From the IMG/VR virus record IMGVR_UViG_3300007513_000003: a stretch of DNA of 64,000 nucleotides. One strand, 5' to 3'. Under the pieces are notes generated by a model. It had not been told where the DNA came from. It saw only the letters and a program-made list of their open reading frames with translations, and did not search any database. Source of the DNA: a virus. Its lineage: Duplodnaviria > Caudoviricetes. A program made the translations under genes and the position numbers. Within the stretch, counting starts at the first letter, position 1, and every line of letters begins with the position of its first letter. Positions 9,201 through 19,650 of this stretch are shown here, one piece after another.

Positions 9201-10433
9201 TTAGATTACCTTAAGTAATATAGTATCAGAGTTTACCCTCCCGTTAAGTTTCGTGTCTGTGGTGGTCAATTCATCTAAGAACTTGCGTAAAGCAACCTTG
9301 CCCGCACTCTTAAACTCTTTTAGCGAGTCTTCTGGCTTACGCAATGTTTTTTGTCTGCTTAACTTCTCGTCAAAACCTATAATAGTAGTGCCTTTAATGC
9401 TTAACCCTGTGCCATCCCTAGCCATACCCTTTGGATCAATGTTAGAGGCAACATACTTGCCAATCTTGCGATTCTTTGTGTTGTAAACCCAAAGTTCGTT
9501 AGCACCAATTATGTCTTTTGGATCTATCGAGACAAGTTTTAGTTTTTCGTCCTGTATTTTATACTTAATCTTGCCAATCAACTTCTCTTTGCTTAGTGCT
9601 TTCTTCTTACGCACCTTGCGAGTTGCTTTTTGTAGATTAGCATGATGCTCAGCGTCTGCAACAATAGCAGAGTAAAAAGCAAGTAACTTCTTTAACTCTG
9701 ACTTTTTATATGGATAGCCTTCTAATAATTGTGCTTCCATCTCATCTTCTTTATCTACACCATTAATTAATAGTGTAAGATCCGCAATCTCATTCTCAAA
9801 CATCCTAGGAATAAGTCCGGCCGCTTTGCCAGATATGTTATGTGTTTGTAGCAAAGTGGACAATTTGAAATCTGACTTAAAGCCATTGGCAATCATGTCG
9901 TCAACAGCACCTTCAATGTACTCGCCAACAAAATTGTTTATTTTCTCTATCATGCGATCCTGAATAGAGATAACTTGAGCCGCTTTTGGTTTCTCTTTTG
10001 GCTTTGCGGTATCCTCTCCCCAGCCTTGTGGATTTTCAATAGACTCGACAATTATGCGAATTCTCTTTTTAAGTCCAGCGAGAAGATTATCCATTGGCGG
10101 AGCGCCTTTGAGTAGCATACGAGCAACGGAGCCGGCAGTAATACCAATTTGGTAATCTGGCGCATCCTTTATTGCCGCAATTGCCACTTTATCAACAACC
10201 TTTTGCGATTTCATCCATTCAATAAGCGGTTGCTTACTGTCCTTGAACGTGTGGTGATAATTATAAAAATTGAGGCCTTGCGTAATACGCAGGTTAATTT
10301 CAGTTTTTATTTCGTCGTCCAAATCTAGTATTTCTTCAGACGTAAAACTTACATCATCCCACGTAGGCTCTGCAAATGCTCCGTCAACTTTTTTAGATAC
10401 TCGTTTCTTTGCTTTTTTCTTTTTAGCGGCCAT
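9201..10433 (-). CDS. Hypothetical 410-aa protein with Lys-rich N-terminus
   Basis: Long ORF, GGAG RBS, preceded by a consensus sigma70 promoter; no function recognised. Confidence 0.8.
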   Translation of the reverse strand: MAAKKKKAKKRVSKKVDGAFAEPTWDDVSFTSEEILDLDDEIKTEINLRITQGLNFYNYHHTFKDSKQPLIEWMKSQKVVDKVAIAAIKDAPDYQIGITAGSVARMLLKGAPPMDNLLAGLKKRIRIIVESIENPQGWGEDTAKPKEKPKAAQVISIQDRMIEKINNFVGEYIEGAVDDMIANGFKSDFKLSTLLQTHNISGKAAGLIPRMFENEIADLTLLINGVDKEDEMEAQLLEGYPYKKSELKKLLAFYSAIVADAEHHANLQKATRKVRKKKALSKEKLIGKIKYKIQDEKLKLVSIDPKDIIGANELWVYNTKNRKIGKYVASNIDPKGMARDGTGLSIKGTTIIGFDEKLSRQKTLRKPEDSLKEFKSAGKVALRKFLDELTTTDTKLNGRVNSDTILLKVI

Positions 10434-10472
10434 AATTTTACTCCATAATATGAATATATAGTGCTAAATAGT

Positions 10473-10501
10473 ATTATATAGACAAATCCGAAAAAAGTCA
10501 A
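10473..10501 (-). promoter_or_regulatory. Sigma70-type promoter
   Basis: TTGACT-N17-TATAAT upstream of 9201..10433. Confidence 0.8.
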
Positions 10502-10545
10502 TAAAATACACTATATAAGTGTTTAATTAATAAGAGTTTTTTATA

Positions 10546-11748
10546 ATGCCAAGATTATCGCTATGGAAACCGACCAAAGGTAACGATTTTAAGTTCATGG
10601 ATAATCGCATCCGTGAGCAATTTATCATTGGTGGCACTGGAGTTAATGTTCACAAATACCTAGGTCCAGTTAACCAAGGCAACACAAAGAAGGCTGATCA
10701 ACCATTATACGAAAACCAATCCGTATCTAACATACAAGATCTATTGTTTATGGAAAACAGAGATCGAAAATATGAAAAAGACGTTAATTTTATGAAGGGA
10801 CTCTATAACGTACAAGATATAGATTTTGATTTATCTCAATTTGGCTTGTTTTTGCAAAACGATACTATATTCATTACGTTCCATCTTAATGATATGGTTG
10901 ATATTTTAGGCAGAAAGTTAATTAGTGGCGATGTTATTGAACTTCCGCATCTTCAAGATGATCATGCCTTAGAAGATGAAGAAGTTGACAAAGTATACGA
11001 AAGTTTAAAACGATACTACGTAGTTCAAGATGGAAACCGAGCCGCAGAAGGGTTTAGCCAAACTTGGTATCCTCATTTATGGCGAGTTAAATGTACACCA
11101 CTTGTTGATGCACAAGAATACAGAGATATTATTGGCGATATTACTTCAGGCGTCGATGGAGAGGATGATACACTAAAAAGTATTTTAAGTGATTATAGTA
11201 AGAACTTAGAAATTAATGATGCCGTAGTTAAGCAAGCAGAAGCAATGGCTCCATATGTACAAGATGTAGTAGACGGTAGAAGTGGTTACGACACAACACG
11301 TTTTTGGATTGCGCCATCGAAAGACGACGGATCTATATTATTAGTTTCTGCAGATGATGGTTCACTTACTTCTGATGCTGAGAAAGAAAGTGCTGACGTA
11401 TTTTATGGAATGTCTGAAGAAAAAATTAGTCATTACTTGGCAGGCGACGGGGTGCCACCAAATGGAGCGCCGGCGACACTTTTAACAAGTTTCCCTGCTA
11501 CTCCTGTTAAGGGAGAATACGTATTACGTGTAGATTATATGCCTAATAGATTGTATATTTTTAATGGCAAAAAATGGGCATTCGTTGAAGATAATGTTCG
11601 TATGCAAATTACTAACTACACAGATCGTTATACATATAGAACTAAAACGTTTAATGATAAGACTTCTATTACTTTAGCAGACGGCAGCGAAGTAAAAGCA
11701 CGCCAAAGTTTATCTAATGTACTACGTGCAAGAGAGGATGAAGAATAA
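10546..11748 (+). CDS. gp14: Neck protein (head closure)
   Basis: IQDLLFMENRDRKY, DFDLSQFGLFL, ITFHLNDM, SGDVIELPHL; immediately upstream of gp15. Confidence 0.75.
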   Translation: MPRLSLWKPTKGNDFKFMDNRIREQFIIGGTGVNVHKYLGPVNQGNTKKADQPLYENQSVSNIQDLLFMENRDRKYEKDVNFMKGLYNVQDIDFDLSQFGLFLQNDTIFITFHLNDMVDILGRKLISGDVIELPHLQDDHALEDEEVDKVYESLKRYYVVQDGNRAAEGFSQTWYPHLWRVKCTPLVDAQEYRDIIGDITSGVDGEDDTLKSILSDYSKNLEINDAVVKQAEAMAPYVQDVVDGRSGYDTTRFWIAPSKDDGSILLVSADDGSLTSDAEKESADVFYGMSEEKISHYLAGDGVPPNGAPATLLTSFPATPVKGEYVLRVDYMPNRLYIFNGKKWAFVEDNVRMQITNYTDRYTYRTKTFNDKTSITLADGSEVKARQSLSNVLRAREDEE

Positions 11749-11792
11749 TGCATATCTATAAAAGAGTATGGTTTAAAAAGGAGGATAAGTAG
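11748..11792 (+). CDS. 14-aa mini-ORF bridging gp14 and gp15
   Basis: MHIYKRVWFKKEDK; its ATG overlaps the gp14 stop (TAATG), its TAG ends immediately before the TTG at 11793, and it contains the AGGAGG RBS. Confidence 0.35.
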   Translation: MHIYKRVWFKKEDK

Positions 11793-13246
11793 TTGGATTT
11801 TTTTACGATGGGCAAATAAGACGATACATGGCCCAATTCATTCGTCTCTTATCTCACTTTTATGTTGAAACCGGAAAAGACTCAGATGGTAACTCTGCGT
11901 TAATAAGAGTTCCTGTTACATACGGTGATATCTCAAGACAGGTAGCAAGCATTATTCGCAAAAATAGTGAAAACGCACTTAATACTGTTCCGCGTGTTTC
12001 TTGTTATATCACTGGTATACAGTATGATCGTGATAGAATAATGGCTCCTTCTCATGTAGATAAAATTCACATTAAAGAACGATTTTATAACAAAGACACA
12101 GGCAAATATGCAGCTGGGCCTGGAGATAGTTATAGTATTGAACGTAGTATGCCAAGTCCATATAAATTAACAGTTAATGCTGACATATGGACAAGCAACA
12201 TGGAACAAAAACTGCAACTTACAGAGCAATTATTTTACATGTTTAATCCAAATCTAGAAATACAAACGACAGACAATTATGTAGACTGGACTTCTATATC
12301 ATATGTTGAACTTACTGATATTAGTTTTAGTAATAGAACTGTTCCTGTAGGTACTGAAGATCAAATTGATATTGCTACACTAACATTTGAAATTCCTGTA
12401 TGGGTTAATCCTCCGGCTATTATTAAACGCCTTGGTGTTATTTCTAAGGTTGTTATGGGTATATTTGATGGTAGCGGAAACTTAGCAGATAGTGTACTTG
12501 ATGAAACAAAACTAATGGGTAGCAGACAATATTTTACACCACTCAATTATGGTGTATTATTATTAAACGGCGAACTTAAAGTATTAAGTGTTGGCGAACC
12601 AATAAGCGGAGACACAAAAGAAGATGTAACGTTTGATCATATTCCAATAAAATACGGTGACGATATTCCATGGAAACAAGTTATATCGCAATTTGGTGAT
12701 CTTAAAGACGGTATTAGCCAAGTTAAATTATTAACTAATTTTCAAAACACAACCGGAGGAGTTGATGATTTCTCAGAAATTGTTGGTACTGTAGAATACG
12801 ATTCAGATGATGACTATATATTAAAATTTACTGTAGACACAGATACTATTCCAACAAATACACAAACTGCTATTAATGCAATTATTAATCCTCTTAAAAA
12901 TGTTCCTGGTGGTGGTTTACCTGCCGCAACTACAGGTCAGCGTTATCTAATATTAGAAGATATTGGTGACTCTGCTAATACGGACGGTGCTGATGGTTGG
13001 AAGGGCGCAGCCGATTTAGTAGCAAGTAAGTTTGATATTATTCAATATGATGGCACAAACTGGGTTGTAAGTTTTGATGCTAGTGCTAATAAAGGCATAC
13101 ACTATGTAACAAATACTAAAACAGGCATTCAGTATAAGTGGACAGGTGCTATTGACGAGGATATTCCTACAAATACAGGTGAATGGATTAAATCATACGA
13201 AGGTGAATACACCGCAGGATTGTGGTCTATTTTACTGTTACCATAA
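11793..13246 (+). CDS. gp15: Tail sheath terminator; natural start probably TTG 11793 but out of frame by 1 nt in a T7 run (first in-frame ATG 11828)
   Basis: FYDGQIRRY N-terminal motif upstream of the ATG; VPVTYG, PRVSCYIT..YD..R, QLTEQLFYMFNP, IDIATLTFEIP. Confidence 0.8.
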
Positions 13247-13268
13247 TATATAACTAATAATTATTATT

Positions 13269-13691
13269 ATGAAGCAAGTTACCGGGGCCGGCGGTATTTT
13301 CTATTGTCGCGATACAAAACAATTTTTATTTCTATTACGAAACGACACAAAATATAAACACAAATGGGGATTTCCAGGTGGCAAAATAGAAGCAGGGGAG
13401 AGCACCATTGATGGATTACAAAGAGAACTTACTGAAGAAATAGGAATAGTACCTGCTATAGAAAAAATTATTCCCATAGAATTTTTTACTTCGGATGACG
13501 GACACTTTTTCTACCATACTTTTATACTAATTGTTGAAACCGAGTTTATACCGAATTTAAATAATGAACACTGTGGGTATGCTTGGGTAACTATGGAAGG
13601 ATGGCCAGCACCATTGCATCCGGGTGTTTTCTCTACATTAAAATTAGACTCTATTAAAGACAAAATTAAAGTTATAGTAGAAACTATTTAG
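13269..13691 (+). CDS. Nudix hydrolase
   Basis: Nudix box GGKIEAGESTIDGLQRELTEEIG. Confidence 0.92.
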   Translation: MKQVTGAGGIFYCRDTKQFLFLLRNDTKYKHKWGFPGGKIEAGESTIDGLQRELTEEIGIVPAIEKIIPIEFFTSDDGHFFYHTFILIVETEFIPNLNNEHCGYAWVTMEGWPAPLHPGVFSTLKLDSIKDKIKVIVETI

Positions 13692-14434
13692 ATATCAGCC
13701 TCGATAATAAATTGCTTTAAATGTATTTGTCTAAGATTTCGATGCCATTTCCATTCATCTGGCATTACTTCTTCCATACCCGCAACAGTTACTCTAATAA
13801 AATCTACGTCTGTATACGTATTAAAAACTCTAGACATATTATTAATCCAAACCGCATCGCCAGGATTTTCATCTGTTGGTCCATAATGCTGAGTGCCAGC
13901 ATATACATTATTATTGATTGTAGCATCCGTAGATTGATTATCAAATCCTAACATATATATTTTTTTGTGGCCATGAAAACAAGCAAGATATACTGCGGTT
14001 GCACCACAATTCATACGAGGATCATGTGGAATAAGAGAAACATGTTCAGGATGTCTTAACAAACAGGATGCTCTGCCAAACACTACATTGTTTTCTGCAT
14101 AGCCTTCATCAATTATGTCATTAATGATATCAGAATTTGTTGCTACTAAAAAATCTGGAGACCAATCTTGATATATTTTATTACAACCATAGCATTGCCC
14201 TTTATTTTTACCCAAATGTCCACCGCCCGCTGTTGAAAGATAGCTTAACTTAAATGTTGACATTGATGTTCTTGATTTTCCATTGCCTACAACATAAGCA
14301 ACACTATTGTGATCACTATTAGGAATTGTATTAGGAATCCAAAATCTATCTTGGTGTTTTCTGCCATTTTTAACTGTAACACCAGAAACAATATATTCAC
14401 CATCATAATCATCAATGTAACGAGCAACCGACAT
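13688..14434 (-). CDS. DUF115/MptE- or sialyltransferase-like protein
   Basis: YVVGNGKSR, YGCNKIY, PDFLVA, CGATAVYLA...HKKIYMLGFD pattern. Confidence 0.5.
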   Translation of the reverse strand: MSVARYIDDYDGEYIVSGVTVKNGRKHQDRFWIPNTIPNSDHNSVAYVVGNGKSRTSMSTFKLSYLSTAGGGHLGKNKGQCYGCNKIYQDWSPDFLVATNSDIINDIIDEGYAENNVVFGRASCLLRHPEHVSLIPHDPRMNCGATAVYLACFHGHKKIYMLGFDNQSTDATINNNVYAGTQHYGPTDENPGDAVWINNMSRVFNTYTDVDFIRVTVAGMEEVMPDEWKWHRNLRQIHLKQFIIEADI

Positions 14435-14465
14435 GCTAAATCTCCTATATTATATTATTTATTTT

Positions 14466-14498
14466 ACAAAAAGTAAGGGGGACTTTCGCCCCCCTTAC
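14466..14498 (-). terminator. Rho-independent terminator after long fibre gene
   Basis: Minus strand GTAAGGGGG-GC-GAAA-GT-CCCCCTTAC followed by TTTTTGT. Confidence 0.85.
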
Positions 14499-14538
14499 CA
14501 TACAACTTAAAAATGTAAGTTAAAACTAATAATGTAAC

Positions 14539-17500
14539 TTATAGTCTGCCTACAACAACTTCGATGATACCTGAAGTACCGTTGAAGTCTTCTAGTGCCT
14601 TACCAATGACTGAACCTAAACGTGGGTTTGCTTCAGCTTTAGCATAGCCTTCGCCTGCGGAAACTAGCATGTCACCCTTACGGATTGTGCCTGTTACCTT
14701 AACAGGTACACGACCTGTTAGTGCTACTGCTACGTTTGTGCCTTCCAAACCTTCGTTCATTAGGAAGCCTGGGTTTGTACTTACTACACCAGCAATACGT
14801 GAATCCATTGAATCAGATGTCATTGTTACTTCTGCGTCGCCGCCGAAGGAAACAACAGTACCTGGCTCGTAGATTACGTCACTTGTGTAACGTTCTGCCA
14901 AGTCAGCGTATTGTGCTGATGTTGAAATACCGTTGAAGGTTGTTGCATAAACTGTTGCAAACTTATTATCAGACTGACCGACATCACCTACACCGTTTGT
15001 ACCACTCTTAGTAATACTTTTAATCTCATTAGCAGCTGGTGTTGTCCCATCACTCTGGAAAACTTGTAGAGTGTTTGAACCGCTATCTTTAAGTACTAAG
15101 TCACCAAAGTATATTGAATCTCCCGAAAGATAAAGGTCACGCCACTTGTCGCTTGAGCCACCTAGGTCAAACCCTGTTGTTCCATTAGAGTCAACACTAG
15201 GTAGTAGAGCAGAACTTGTTAAAGTCATGATCTCTGTGCCACCTACGTCAAAGCGGATGATATCTTCGTCTGAAGACTCTTCTACTTGGACCTTAGTATC
15301 ACCGTCAGCATCTTCTAATGCGTTAACAGATGTTGTTGTAGTGATTTCACGAATTTCAATTGCATCACCATTAGCAGGTGCTTCTGTAAATGTAATTGTT
15401 GTTCCGCTAATACCATAAGCTGTTGTTGGTAATTGTACAACACCATTAACAGTAACAATACAACCAGCAGTTGTAAGATCTGAGTTTAGACCTGTAAAAT
15501 CTGTTGTTGTGCCGTCACCAGTTTTGGTTTCACTTCTTACGACTGTAAATTCAGTTGTAGCACCTTTCCATGAAGAACCATTATAATATTCAAAATTACT
15601 GTTTGTTGAATTATAACGGAACATACCAGCGGCTGGTGAGCCTGGACGCTGTGCAGTTGTACCTGAAGGTAGTACCATTGATTCTGTTGAAGAACTCATA
15701 TCAAGTACTGAACCTGCGTTAGGTGTTGCTGTTAACAAGCCAATTGCGTCGTTACCAGCGTCAAGATAGAACATGTTAGCATTGCCTGATGATTCAATAC
15801 GGAAGTCGTTGTCACCACCACTCTCGTTAAAGACAGCGGCATCGTCAACACCAAATGTTGTGCCATCATAAGTAATGTTTGCTTCTGCTTGTACTGCTGA
15901 AGTACCATTACCTGTTAGTAGGCTGTTAGCGGTTAAGGATGTTGCGCCTGTACCACCTTGGTCTACTGCTACAGTAGTACCTTCCCATGTACCTGAAGTA
16001 ATTGTACCAACAGTTGCTAGTGAACTTGCTGATGTAACGTTGTTCAATGTGTCAAGTGCTGTTTCGAAGTATGTCTCGAAATCTGTTAGTGCTACTTGAA
16101 CCATTGTGCCACCGTCATTGACAACTACACGGTCTGCGTCTGCTAATGTTGTAGAAGTTGCAGCTGTGTCACCATCAGCGGCCGCTGTAAGTTCAGCGGC
16201 TGTAGGTGTTACACCTAATGTTACTAATTGTGCGGCTGCATTGGCGTCATCCAACAATGCTTTACCAGCTGCTGTTAGGTCATATACTGCGGCTGTGCCG
16301 GAACCAGTAAACTGGATACCTTTATCAGCTGCGGAAGTTAGACCTGCGATTGCGGCTAGTTCTGCGTCATATGCCTGTACATGTGTACCAATTGTTAAAC
16401 CTAGTGAAGCACGAGCAGTTGAGCCTGTTTCTAATACGAAATTAGAACCATCACCAACAATAATACCGCCATCTGTTACTGCAAGACCTGCGACATCTGC
16501 TAGTTGTGCGTCATATGCCTGTACATGTGTACCAATTGTTAAGCCTAGTGAAGCACGAGCAGTTGCGCCTGTTTCTGCTGTCCAATTGGAGCCATCACCT
16601 ACGATGATGTTACCGTCTGTTACAGCCAAGCCAGCAATGTCTGCAAGACCTGCGTCATATGCTTGTACATCTGAACCAATTGCTACGCCCATGGTTGTAC
16701 GTTGGGCGGCGGCATCAGCATCGTCTAACAATGCTTTACCAGCTGATGTTAGGTCATATGTTGAAGCAGTGCCTGAACCAGTAAATTGGATACCTTTATC
16801 GGCTGCAGATGTTAAACCAGCAATGGCCGCCAATTCAGCGTCATATGCTTGTACATCTGTACCAATTACTAGACCCAATGTTGTACGTTGAGCCGCGGCG
16901 TCAGCGTCATCCAACAACGCTTTACCTGCGGAAGTCAAGTCATATACTGCGGCTGTACCACTACCTGTGAACTGAATACCTTTATCAGCGGCTGATGTTA
17001 AACCAGCAATAGCAGCTAGTTCTGCATCATATGCCTGTACATCAGAACCAATAGCAACACCTAGGTTTGTACGTGCGTCGGATGCTGTTGAAGCACCTGT
17101 ACCACCGTGTGCTACACCTACGTCTGTGCCTTCCCATGTACCTGTACCAATTGTACCAACGGATGCTAGACTTGTTGCAGATGTAATACTGTTTTGTGCG
17201 GCTGTTGTAATTGTACCTTCGACGTTACCAAAGATTACATTACCTACTGTACCAGAAGCAACCTCGCCTGAGATTGTTGCGTCAGGGATAAATGTAAACT
17301 TGCTTACGGAATCGTCGTAACCGAAGAAACCAACTTTAGCGGTTGAACCATTGTGCCATCTAAACTCAATACCACGGTCCTTGTCATCATCTGAACCAGG
17401 AGCAGTATCACCACCTAATGTCATAATTGGATCATCTAGTGTTGTAACTGTGGAGTTTACAGTTGTTGTTGTACCGTTAACTGTTAAGTCACCGGAAATA

Positions 17501-19497
17501 ACAACGTCACCTGTACCATCTGGTGTAAGTGTAATGTTACCATTTGTGTCTGTTGAACTAATAACGTTTCCATCAATACGGATGTTATCAGCATTCAACT
17601 GACCTGAACTTAGTGCTGTTAGGCCTGATACTGTTGCGTCTAATGCGACACTAATATCATTATCAGATACTGTTGTAGTAATGTTATTACCACCAGTAAA
17701 GGTTAGTGTATCTGTACCAACTGTTACACCATCATCTGAACCTGAATCAGCGGCAACTGTTAATGTGGCTGAACCAACTTGTGAATCAACATATGCTTTA
17801 ATTGATTGTTGTGTAGCAAGTGCTGTTGCACTGTCACTACCCATTGCGTCCTCATCTAAGATTGATGACACTGTAGCACCTGAAGCAAGTGTTAAGTCTT
17901 CGCTAATTACTACTGAACCGTCGGAAGCGATAGTAAATTTATCTGTACCGTCGGAAATTTCAACAGTTATTAGGTTTGCTGTTTGTGAGCCTACACCTTT
18001 AACTGCTAGTGTAATCTCGTCTGTTGTATCACCAGTGATTGTTGCACCGGCGGCTACTACCAACTGATCGTTGGCTGTTAGTGTTGTAAACGTACCAGCT
18101 GCTGGTGTTGATCCACCAATTACTGAGTCATTTACTGTTCCACCACTAATAGTTAGGTCATTGTCAACGTATGCATCAGCAATTGCTGTGCCGTTCCATA
18201 CGCCTGTACCAATTGTACCAACTGTGGCTAGTGATGAAGCGGAAGTTACATTATTTAATGTATCTAGTGCGCTTTCGAAATATGTTTCGAAATCTGTTAG
18301 GGCAACTTGTACCATAGTACCGTCATCGTTAACAACTACACGATCAAACAATTCAAGTGTTGTTGCTGTTGCGGCTGTGTCGCCGTCTACGATATTCAAC
18401 TCTGCGGTTGTTGATGTGATATCATCTAAAGTATTAAGTTCAGCTGCGGTTGCTGTTAAGCCAAGTGTTACTAATTGAGCGGCTGCGTTAGCATCATCAA
18501 GTAGCGCCTTACCTGCGGCTGTTAAGTCGTAAGTAGCGGCTGTACCTGAGCCTGTAAATTGGATACCCTTGTCGGCCGCTGATGCTAAACCAGCAAGAGC
18601 TGCTAGTTCTACATCGTATGCCTGTACGTCTGTACCAATTGCTAGGCCTAGTGATGTTCGTGCTGTTGCACCTGTTTCTAATGTGAAGTTAGAACCATCA
18701 CCAACGATAATGCCGCCATCTGTTACTGCAAGACCTGCGACATCTGCTAATTGTGCGTCATATGCCTGTACATGTGTACCAATTGTTAAACCTAATGATG
18801 CTCTTGCTGTTGCACCCGTTTCTAATACGAAATTAGAACCGTCGCCAACAATAATGCCACCGTCTGTTACAGCAAGACCTGCGACATCTGCTAATTGTGC
18901 GTCATAGGCTTGTACATCTGAGCCAATTGCTAGGCCTAGGTTTGTACGTGCGTCAGAAGCTGTTGATGCGCCTGTACCACCAGCTGCCACAGCAACGTCA
19001 GTTGCTGACCAAACACCTGTGGTAATTGTACCTACAGATGCTAGTGATGTAGCAGATGAAATAGTATTTTGAGCCGCTGTTGTAATAGTACCTTCAATAT
19101 TGCCAGCAATAATGTTTGCTTGACCTGCAACGGATATGTTACCTGCGGTACTACCAGTTTCTGTTGTTGTGATAAAGTTAAATTTATCTGCGGATTCGTC
19201 CCAAATTAAACCTACGTTGGTATCGTCACCACGTTCTACAACAAAACCTGAGTCAACTGCGCCTGAGCCAGAAGCGTTTGCACTGAATACTAATAGAGGA
19301 TCTTCAATAGACATATTTGTAGTGTCAACAGTTGTTGTTGTACCATTAACAACAAGGTTGCCAGAAACAGTTAGGTTTGATCCGTAAGTCATGTCATCTT
19401 CTAACTTACTACCAGCGATAGCGGCAGAAGCTGCGATTTTGGCATTACTAACGGCACCATCCGTAATCTGATCTGTATCTATTCTAGTTAAAGCCAT
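14539..19497 (-). CDS. Long tail fibre with internal repeats and C-terminal intramolecular-chaperone (peptidase G2/S74-like) domain
   Basis: 1652 aa, Ala/Thr/Gly/Asp-rich; VQAYD repeats; C-terminal YADLAERY..YEPGTVV..GVVST.P..VALTGRVPVKV..KGDMLV..IGKALE. Confidence 0.8.
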   Translation of the reverse strand: MALTRIDTDQITDGAVSNAKIAASAAIAGSKLEDDMTYGSNLTVSGNLVVNGTTTTVDTTNMSIEDPLLVFSANASGSGAVDSGFVVERGDDTNVGLIWDESADKFNFITTTETGSTAGNISVAGQANIIAGNIEGTITTAAQNTISSATSLASVGTITTGVWSATDVAVAAGGTGASTASDARTNLGLAIGSDVQAYDAQLADVAGLAVTDGGIIVGDGSNFVLETGATARASLGLTIGTHVQAYDAQLADVAGLAVTDGGIIVGDGSNFTLETGATARTSLGLAIGTDVQAYDVELAALAGLASAADKGIQFTGSGTAATYDLTAAGKALLDDANAAAQLVTLGLTATAAELNTLDDITSTTAELNIVDGDTAATATTLELFDRVVVNDDGTMVQVALTDFETYFESALDTLNNVTSASSLATVGTIGTGVWNGTAIADAYVDNDLTISGGTVNDSVIGGSTPAAGTFTTLTANDQLVVAAGATITGDTTDEITLAVKGVGSQTANLITVEISDGTDKFTIASDGSVVISEDLTLASGATVSSILDEDAMGSDSATALATQQSIKAYVDSQVGSATLTVAADSGSDDGVTVGTDTLTFTGGNNITTTVSDNDISVALDATVSGLTALSSGQLNADNIRIDGNVISSTDTNGNITLTPDGTGDVVISGDLTVNGTTTTVNSTVTTLDDPIMTLGGDTAPGSDDDKDRGIEFRWHNGSTAKVGFFGYDDSVSKFTFIPDATISGEVASGTVGNVIFGNVEGTITTAAQNSITSATSLASVGTIGTGTWEGTDVGVAHGGTGASTASDARTNLGVAIGSDVQAYDAELAAIAGLTSAADKGIQFTGSGTAAVYDLTSAGKALLDDADAAAQRTTLGLVIGTDVQAYDAELAAIAGLTSAADKGIQFTGSGTASTYDLTSAGKALLDDADAAAQRTTMGVAIGSDVQAYDAGLADIAGLAVTDGNIIVGDGSNWTAETGATARASLGLTIGTHVQAYDAQLADVAGLAVTDGGIIVGDGSNFVLETGSTARASLGLTIGTHVQAYDAELAAIAGLTSAADKGIQFTGSGTAAVYDLTAAGKALLDDANAAAQLVTLGVTPTAAELTAAADGDTAATSTTLADADRVVVNDGGTMVQVALTDFETYFETALDTLNNVTSASSLATVGTITSGTWEGTTVAVDQGGTGATSLTANSLLTGNGTSAVQAEANITYDGTTFGVDDAAVFNESGGDNDFRIESSGNANMFYLDAGNDAIGLLTATPNAGSVLDMSSSTESMVLPSGTTAQRPGSPAAGMFRYNSTNSNFEYYNGSSWKGATTEFTVVRSETKTGDGTTTDFTGLNSDLTTAGCIVTVNGVVQLPTTAYGISGTTITFTEAPANGDAIEIREITTTTSVNALEDADGDTKVQVEESSDEDIIRFDVGGTEIMTLTSSALLPSVDSNGTTGFDLGGSSDKWRDLYLSGDSIYFGDLVLKDSGSNTLQVFQSDGTTPAANEIKSITKSGTNGVGDVGQSDNKFATVYATTFNGISTSAQYADLAERYTSDVIYEPGTVVSFGGDAEVTMTSDSMDSRIAGVVSTNPGFLMNEGLEGTNVAVALTGRVPVKVTGTIRKGDMLVSAGEGYAKAEANPRLGSVIGKALEDFNGTSGIIEVVVGRL
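16214..17040 (-). repeat. Fibre repeat block 2 (B-B-A-A-B)
   Basis: A unit 48 aa (VQAYDAQLADVAGLAVTDG...), B unit about 62 aa (VQAYDAELAAIAGLTSAADKGIQFTGSG...); boundaries approximate. Confidence 0.9.
18460..18915 (-). repeat. Fibre repeat block 1 (A-A-B)
   Basis: Same A and B units as block 2; boundaries approximate. Confidence 0.9.
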
Positions 19498-19521
19498 TTA
19501 TTTTTCTCCATTCCTATAAAA

Positions 19522-19650
19522 AAGTCTTATATAAGACTTAATATACCATATATACATATTATGGAATGATTCTGTCTGCAATTGCAGACAGATCCTTTAA
19601 ATCTAACGTTATTGAGAGATATAAAGGTCATCTATATGCTCGAGCATATA
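19522..19650. promoter_or_regulatory. Cluster of three perfect palindromes in fibre-gene leader
   Basis: AAGTCTTATATAAGACTT 19522-19539; TCTGTCTGCAATTGCAGACAGA 19571-19592; TATATGCTCGAGCATATA 19633-19650. Confidence 0.7.

Noticed and set aside
16000-18990. Fibre repeats as a possible DGR template/variable repeat pair
   Set aside because: Differences are mostly synonymous and not adenine-specific, the repeats are internal and coding, and there is no reverse transcriptase in the window
14669-19387. Many plus-strand ORFs (60-261 aa) opposite the fibre gene, and similar ones opposite the sheath, PKD protein, capsid, tape measure and giant ORF
   Set aside because: Val/Ala/Ser/Pro-rich antisense shadows of Thr/Ala/Gly-rich genes, with no RBS or recognisable motif
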